From Armatimonadota bacterium (GTDB taxonomy: Bacteria; Armatimonadota; SYMT01), in the NCBI GenBank assembly GCA_041690135.1, contig JAWLHY010000001.1, positions 1,248,001 to 1,312,000 of the forward strand: DNA of 64,000 bases. Reading direction: 5' to 3'. Positions within the stretch are counted from its first letter, which is position 1. Every line of letters begins with the position of its first letter. The notes under the pieces are model-generated. The model saw nothing but the letters and a program-made list of their open reading frames with translations, was not told where the DNA came from and did no database searches. The position numbers and the translations under genes were made by a program. Positions 58,519-64,000 of the stretch are shown one piece after another.

Positions 58519-59961
58519 GTGCACTGTAAGCGATTCATCCCCCGACCCCTTACCCGCCGCGAGATGCTGGCGACGGGCGCCAACGGTTTCGGCCTGGTGG
58601 CGCTGATGAGCCTCCTGGCGGAGGAGGCGGAAGCGGCCGCACCCAAAACGGTTCCCACGCGCGACCGGAAACTCAACCCGCTCGCTCCCGCGCCCACCCA
58701 CTACGCGGCTAAAGCGAAGAGCGTGATTTTCCTCTTCATGGACGGCGGACCCTCCCAGGTGGACACCTTCGATCCGAAGCCGCGCCTGATCAAGGAGCAT
58801 GGCCAGCCGATCAAGATGAAGGTGCCGGCTACCCAGTTCGACAACGTGGGGAACGTGCTCAAGTCACCCTGGGAGTTCCGCCAGTACGGGGAGAGCGGAC
58901 TGCCGATCAGCGACCTCTTTCCGCACGTGGCCACGTGCGCCGACGACCTGGCGATCGTCCGCTCGATGACCTCCAACTTCTCGGAGCACACCAACGCCAA
59001 CTATTTCATCCACTCCGGCAGCGGTGTCCAGGGGCGACCCAGCATGGGCGCCTGGGCAACCTATGGCCTCGGCTCGGAATGCCAAAATCTGCCGGGGTTC
59101 CTGGTTCTCAATAGTGGGATGATTCCGCCGGGCGGGTTGGACTGTTTCAACAGCGGATTTCTGCCGGCTACTTATCAGGGCTCGATGTTCCGGAACGGGT
59201 TCGAGCCGGTGGCGGATCTACGCCCCAGCGAGGCGAACCCGGAACTCCAGGAGAACAAGCTGGCCCTGCTGCGGCAGCTCGACCAGGGCGCCGCGCAGCG
59301 GGCCGGGCACGATGACCGCGTGGAGGCGGCCATCCGCAATTACGAGCTCGCCTTCCGAATGCAGACCGCCGTCCCCGACCTGATGGACCTGAAGGGCGAG
59401 TCCGAAGTGACGAAGAAGCTCTACGGTTTGGACGACAAATCCACTCAGACCTTCGGTCAGCAGTGCCTGGTGGCACGGCGTCTGGTGGAGCGCGGCGTGC
59501 GCTTCATCGAGTTGCTTTGCCCGCACGTGGGCCACGACCGCTGGGACCAGCACGGCAACCTGCGCGAGGGGCACGCGACCAACGCCCAGGCCGTTGACAA
59601 GCCGATCGCCGGCCTACTCAAGGATCTGAAAAGTCGTGGGATGCTCGAGAGCACTCTCGTGGTGTGGGCGGGCGAGTTCGGCCGCACCCCCATGGCCCAG
59701 GGCGCCAACGGAAGGGATCACAATCCCTTTGGCTTTTCCATCTGGCTCGCCGGTGGTGGCATTAAGGGCGGAACGGCGTATGGGGAGACGGACGAATACG
59801 GCTACTTCGCCATCCGGGACAAGGTCTCCATCCACGACCTGCACGCGACCATGCTCCACCTGATGGGCATGGACCACAAGCGCCTCACCTATCGCTTCAG
59901 CGGCCGCGACATGCGCCTCACTGACGTACATGGTGAGGTCATCCAGGATATCCTTGCTTGA
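58519..59961 (+). CDS. DUF1501 family protein (Tat-like N-terminus)
   Basis: TRREML, VIFLFMDGGPSQVDTFDPKP, ARRLVERGVRF, WDQH, GEFGRTP and GRDH motifs. Confidence 0.95.
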   Translation: MHCKRFIPRPLTRREMLATGANGFGLVALMSLLAEEAEAAAPKTVPTRDRKLNPLAPAPTHYAAKAKSVIFLFMDGGPSQVDTFDPKPRLIKEHGQPIKMKVPATQFDNVGNVLKSPWEFRQYGESGLPISDLFPHVATCADDLAIVRSMTSNFSEHTNANYFIHSGSGVQGRPSMGAWATYGLGSECQNLPGFLVLNSGMIPPGGLDCFNSGFLPATYQGSMFRNGFEPVADLRPSEANPELQENKLALLRQLDQGAAQRAGHDDRVEAAIRNYELAFRMQTAVPDLMDLKGESEVTKKLYGLDDKSTQTFGQQCLVARRLVERGVRFIELLCPHVGHDRWDQHGNLREGHATNAQAVDKPIAGLLKDLKSRGMLESTLVVWAGEFGRTPMAQGANGRDHNPFGFSIWLAGGGIKGGTAYGETDEYGYFAIRDKVSIHDLHATMLHLMGMDHKRLTYRFSGRDMRLTDVHGEVIQDILA

Positions 59962-60297
59962 TCAGTCGCTTTCGGCGCTGACGTGCTCGAACAGCTTGCG
60001 GAACTTCTCGGCCTCGATATCGGTGACGCTGGAAGCCACGAGCTCCAGGCAGTAGAGCCAGAGGATGACCACCGCTTTCTCGGCGGGCAGTTCGAGCGTA
60101 CGGCAGAGAAAGTCGCGGACGATCGCTTCGTAGGAGCCTTCCGGCTCGTTGAGAGTGATCCGGCCCACCGGGTTGTGGCTGCCCTCGACCCGAGGCTGGA
60201 CCGTATCCAGGAACTCGCGCACGTTGGCCGGTGTCATCCGGCTGAGATCGCCGCCGAACTGGTATTTGACTAGCTTCCGGAATTCCTTGAGCGTCAC
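59962..60297 (-). CDS. Hypothetical helical protein
   Basis: GGGAG RBS before GTG; high GC3; fills the gap after pfkB. Confidence 0.65.
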   Translation of the reverse strand: MTLKEFRKLVKYQFGGDLSRMTPANVREFLDTVQPRVEGSHNPVGRITLNEPEGSYEAIVRDFLCRTLELPAEKAVVILWLYCLELVASSVTDIEAEKFRKLFEHVSAESD

Positions 60298-60437
60298 CGC
60301 GGCATCTCCCCGGGCTGTACGAGATCGCCGCCCCCCGCGACCTCTACGTATTAGACGCAATGAACGGGCCATTGGTTCCGAAGGAACCGGGCCCTTTCCC
60401 GGCGCCCAGGCGACAATTCACCTCATTCACCTCCGGT

Positions 60438-61403
60438 TTACCCGGATTGCGAGGCGAGAAACGCTTGGACGCGCTCGCGGGTAGGTAGGGCCGGGATGGC
60501 GCCTTTCTGCTGGCAGGTGATCGCTCCGATAGCGTTGGCAAAACGACCGATCTGCGCGAGTGCTTCGGCAGTCAGTGCTGTGGGATCGGAACTCTCCAGC
60601 AATCCGGTCAGCAATCCGGCCACGAAGCCGTCTCCCGCCCCGGTCGTGTCCACCGCCTGCACCGCATATCCGGGGACAGAGGCCCGGCTCCCAGCAGTGG
60701 CGAGCAGGCAGCCATGCGATCCCTGCGTCAGCGCCACTAAACGGGGACCTGCTTCGAGGAGCCGATCGAGGTAAGTATCGACCGGCGCGGGACCGAAAAG
60801 GAACTCCGCTTCCTCTTCACTCACTTTGACGAGATCCGACAGGGGGAGCGCCTCCCGGATTTCGCGCCGGGCATGCTCGAGATCAGCCCAAAGCGGTGGG
60901 CGGAGGTTGGGGTCGAAGCTGATGAGGCTGCCGTTTCGGCGGGAACGGTGAAGCGCATCCAGGGTGGCGGCGCGGCTGGGGTCCTGGATCAGCGAGATGG
61001 AGCCGAAGTGGTAGATCCGGCATCCTTCCAGGGCGGCATCCGGAATATCCTTCGGGCGGTGACGCATGTCGGCACTGGGGTTCCGGTAGAACACGAAGTC
61101 CCGCTCCCCATTGGCCTGTAGAGACACGAAAGCGAGGCCCGTACGGGCCTCGCCGTCGAAGGTCACGAACCGCGTGTCAACGCCCGCACCGGAGAGGGTC
61201 TGCTCCAGGAAGTGACCGAAGGGATCATCCCCCACCCTTCCGAGGAACGCCGTGTCTACGCCCAGGCGAGCCAGGCCCACCGCCACGTTCGCAGGCGCTC
61301 CGCCGGGCGCCTTGCGGAAGCCGGGGCACTCAATAAGAGTGACCCCGGCCGTATCCGCCACGAAGTCGACCAGTGCCTCCCCGAGGGTGACGACGGTGGG
61401 CAT
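60438..61403 (-). CDS. PfkB family carbohydrate kinase (fructokinase-like)
   Basis: GEALVD, PGGAPANVA, FDPNLR and DTTGAGD motifs. Confidence 0.95.
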   Translation of the reverse strand: MPTVVTLGEALVDFVADTAGVTLIECPGFRKAPGGAPANVAVGLARLGVDTAFLGRVGDDPFGHFLEQTLSGAGVDTRFVTFDGEARTGLAFVSLQANGERDFVFYRNPSADMRHRPKDIPDAALEGCRIYHFGSISLIQDPSRAATLDALHRSRRNGSLISFDPNLRPPLWADLEHARREIREALPLSDLVKVSEEEAEFLFGPAPVDTYLDRLLEAGPRLVALTQGSHGCLLATAGSRASVPGYAVQAVDTTGAGDGFVAGLLTGLLESSDPTALTAEALAQIGRFANAIGAITCQQKGAIPALPTRERVQAFLASQSG

Positions 61404-61409
61404 TGCGGC

Positions 61410-62447
61410 TTACTTGTTGATGAGGGAAACGACTTCTTCCCAGTTCTCGATCGGAACGGTCTTCAGTCTCTCCAGGGCAGCCTGCAGCGGCTTGGCCACC
61501 ACCTGGGTGCCCTCCAGCGCGGCCATGTGGCCCCACTGGCCGTCGCGGACCATATCGGCGGCCTTGATGCCGACCCGCGAGCCGAGCACGCGGTCGAACA
61601 GCGTGGGCGAGCCGCCTCGCTGCACGTGCCCGAGGGTCACCGAACGGGTTTCGATACCCAGGCCCTTCTCGATCTCACTGGCCAGGTACTCACCCACTTC
61701 CCGGTGGGACAGGATGGCGTGGCCAAAGTCGTCCAGCTTCATGTCGCCCGTGTCGGCGGCCGGAAGCTCGGTGCCCTCAGACGCGACGATGAGACCGTAG
61801 GTCTTACCGCGAGCCCGCTTGCGCTTGAGGGCGGCCAGCATGGCCTCCATGTCCAGTTCCACCTCGGGCAGAGTGATCCAGTCCGCGCCGGCGGCGATGC
61901 CCACGTGCAGCGCCACCCAGCCCGCGTGCCGGCCCATCACTTCCAGCACCAGGATGCGGCGGTGGCTCTTGGCGGTGTCCATGAGCCGGTCGGCCGCGTC
62001 GAGCGCCACACCCGCGGCGCTGTCGAAGCCGAAGGTGTAGTCGGTGGCGTTCAGGTCGTTGTCCATCGTCTTCGGGACCCCGACCACGTGGAGGCCGTAG
62101 TGCGTGTGGAACTTGTGCGCCACGCCCAGCGTGTCTTCCCCGCCCAGGGCAATCAGGGCGTCCAGCTCCAGCCGCTTCCAGGTCTCCAGGCACTGCTGGA
62201 GGGAATCCTCGGCTCCTTTGCGGAACGGGTTGGTCCGCGAGGAGCCGAGCATCGTGCCGCCTTCGCGGATGATCGTCTCGACCCGCTCCAGCGTCAGTTC
62301 GGTGGTGATTCCCTCCACGAGGCCCTTCCACCCCAGTTCCAGTCCGACGAATTCGAAGCCGTGGTCGAGCCCTCGCATGAAGGCTCCGCGGATCGCCGGG
62401 TTCAATCCGGGGCAGTCGCCCCCGCCGGTCAGGATCCCAACGCGCAT
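61410..62447 (-). CDS. pfp: 6-phosphofructokinase, probably PPi-dependent
   Basis: TGGGDCPGLN, GGEDT, PKTMDND and MGR motifs. Confidence 0.88.
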   Translation of the reverse strand: MRVGILTGGGDCPGLNPAIRGAFMRGLDHGFEFVGLELGWKGLVEGITTELTLERVETIIREGGTMLGSSRTNPFRKGAEDSLQQCLETWKRLELDALIALGGEDTLGVAHKFHTHYGLHVVGVPKTMDNDLNATDYTFGFDSAAGVALDAADRLMDTAKSHRRILVLEVMGRHAGWVALHVGIAAGADWITLPEVELDMEAMLAALKRKRARGKTYGLIVASEGTELPAADTGDMKLDDFGHAILSHREVGEYLASEIEKGLGIETRSVTLGHVQRGGSPTLFDRVLGSRVGIKAADMVRDGQWGHMAALEGTQVVAKPLQAALERLKTVPIENWEEVVSLINK

Positions 62448-62515
62448 GTGTGTCTCCTGTACTCCTAAAACTCCACAAGGATCCCGCAGCGCGTGAGGGC
62501 CGGCGGGGTCACTTG

Positions 62516-63070
62516 CTACACATCCAGTTCGAGCAGGCCGTATCCTTCGTTACGTCGATGATAAAGGATACTGACCCGGTCCGTCTCGGCGTTGATGAAC
62601 GCAAAGAAGTCGTGGTTCAAAAGCTCCATCTGCAGCGAAGCTTCCTCCACGGACATGGGTTTTATCGCAAAGCGCTTCCGCCTGACCACGCCGGGACCCG
62701 TCTCGGCGGCTCCGGCTTCTTCTTCCGGTAGCTCCGCCAGCTGCGCCATGGCGGCGGCCACGGTCGGCGCGTCCGCCCGGCCCTTGTGGGACATCACCTT
62801 GCCCTTGAATCGCCGGACCTGCTGCTCCAGTTTTTCCGTCACGCCGTCGAACGCCGCCATCACGTCACTGGCGCGCTCTTCCGCCCGGAGCAAAACGCCG
62901 TCCAGGTCCAGTTGGACTTCCACGATCTGCCAGTTGCGCTGCACGCTGTGCGTGACATGCGCTTCCCGCGCCGTCCGGAAGTAGCGAGCCAGCCGCTGCA
63001 GCTTCTTCTCGGCATACTCGCGCTCGCGGTCGGTGATGTGGACGGACTTTCCGTTAAACGTTACTCGCAT
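62516..63070 (-). CDS. hpf: Long ribosome hibernation promoting factor
   Basis: S30AE-type N-domain; KPMSVEEASLQMELLNHDFFAF...YGL C-domain. Confidence 0.95.
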   Translation of the reverse strand: MRVTFNGKSVHITDREREYAEKKLQRLARYFRTAREAHVTHSVQRNWQIVEVQLDLDGVLLRAEERASDVMAAFDGVTEKLEQQVRRFKGKVMSHKGRADAPTVAAAMAQLAELPEEEAGAAETGPGVVRRKRFAIKPMSVEEASLQMELLNHDFFAFINAETDRVSILYHRRNEGYGLLELDV

Positions 63071-63366
63071 GGGACATCCCTCTGTCTGCCTGTTGTGAAG
63101 TTGTCGCTCCGTAGAGCAGTCTCATCATACCCCGTTGCGCCAAAACCGCTGCCGGTCGCCGCGCAATTTGCTGAGAAGTCGGGCACGACCGTGCTTATCC
63201 GAACATTATACAGGCTCACCTGCTATCAGAGTCCACGGTCGCCCAGGCCTACCACAGGATCGGCCACAATCCAGCGCGAGATCACGCGGGCCGGAGGGAC
63301 CGGGTGCATTGATGCCGAACCATCCGTTACTGTCAACGCTCATCTCAGGACGTAGAGGGCTTCACA

Positions 63367-64000
63367 TTGTCTGAACAGAAGGCCAAGGCCGCCAATCCGT
63401 ACGCTCGGCCCGCCGAAGCCGTCCAAGAGCCTCCGCGTGGCTTCGCCGGCACACTCCGGTTCCTCGGCCCCAGCTTCATCCTCATCGGCAGCATCGTCGG
63501 TTCCGGGGAATTGATCCTCACCACCACGTTTGGGGCGACGGTGGGGTTCTCTGCGCTCTGGTTCATTATCCTGGCCTGTATCAGTAAAACCATCGTCCAG
63601 TCGGAGCTCGGACGCTACACCATCTCCTCCGGCGATACCTGTCTCGAAGCATTCAACCGCTTGCCGGGGCCTCGCTACCGGGTCTCCTGGTTCATCTGGA
63701 TGTATATCCTCTGGCAGGTTCCGGGTCTCATCAACGGTGGCGCGATCCTGGGGAGTACGGGGCAGGTACTGTCGGTGGCGTTCCCCATCTTCGGCCAGCA
63801 GGTCTGGGCGCTGATTATCGCAGTCTTTAACGTGAGCATCCTGCTCTGGGGGCGTTACCGCTTCCTTGAGCGCACTTCGGTGACCATGGTCATGACCTTC
63901 AGCGTCATCACCGTGGCCGGGGCGATAGCCCTCCAGTTCACCGAGAACGCCGTACCATTGCCGATGGTCCTCGATGGGCTGCGGATGCAGCTTGCACCGA
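63367..64000 (+). CDS. Nramp-like transporter (partial, runs off the window edge)
   Basis: Manual translation: MSEQKAK...LGPSFILIGSIVGSGELILTT...W...K...Q.ELGRY. Not in the ORF track. Confidence 0.85.
   Translation, partial: MSEQKAKAANPYARPAEAVQEPPRGFAGTLRFLGPSFILIGSIVGSGELILTTTFGATVGFSALWFIILACISKTIVQSELGRYTISSGDTCLEAFNRLPGPRYRVSWFIWMYILWQVPGLINGGAILGSTGQVLSVAFPIFGQQVWALIIAVFNVSILLWGRYRFLERTSVTMVMTFSVITVAGAIALQFTENAVPLPMVLDGLRMQLAP

Overview
A high-GC bacterial chromosome segment. Two DUF1559/H-X9-DG prepilin-like genes, DUF1501, CRTAC1/ASPIC and Uma2 genes suggest Armatimonadota or a similar lineage (inference). Most of it is housekeeping and sugar metabolism: xylA, nadC-panC-panB, folK, tRNA-Gln-glnS, hpf-pfp-pfkB, hydrolases, an ABC-F protein, a P-type ATPase, a CPA2 antiporter and parDE. 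I saw no CRISPR array, rRNA, integrase or transposase. The best leads are: (1) a three-gene operon at 50204-53495, divergent from a Fur/PerR gene, encoding an acyl-CoA-dehydrogenase-fold flavoprotein without the catalytic Glu, a signal-less PhnD-fold protein with a CHC motif, and a TusA-like/diiron ferritin-like fusion; (2) a translationally coupled pair at 2798-5496 resembling TFIIH p8/Tfb5 plus p52/Tfb2, with no XPB in the window; (3) a decaying ankyrin/NuiA-like immunity-type cluster at about 39.1-42.9 kb; (4) an array of covarying hairpins at 18711-18904 and a rod-like structured element of about 170 nt at 49875-50041. All family calls are by-eye motif recognition; no searches were run.
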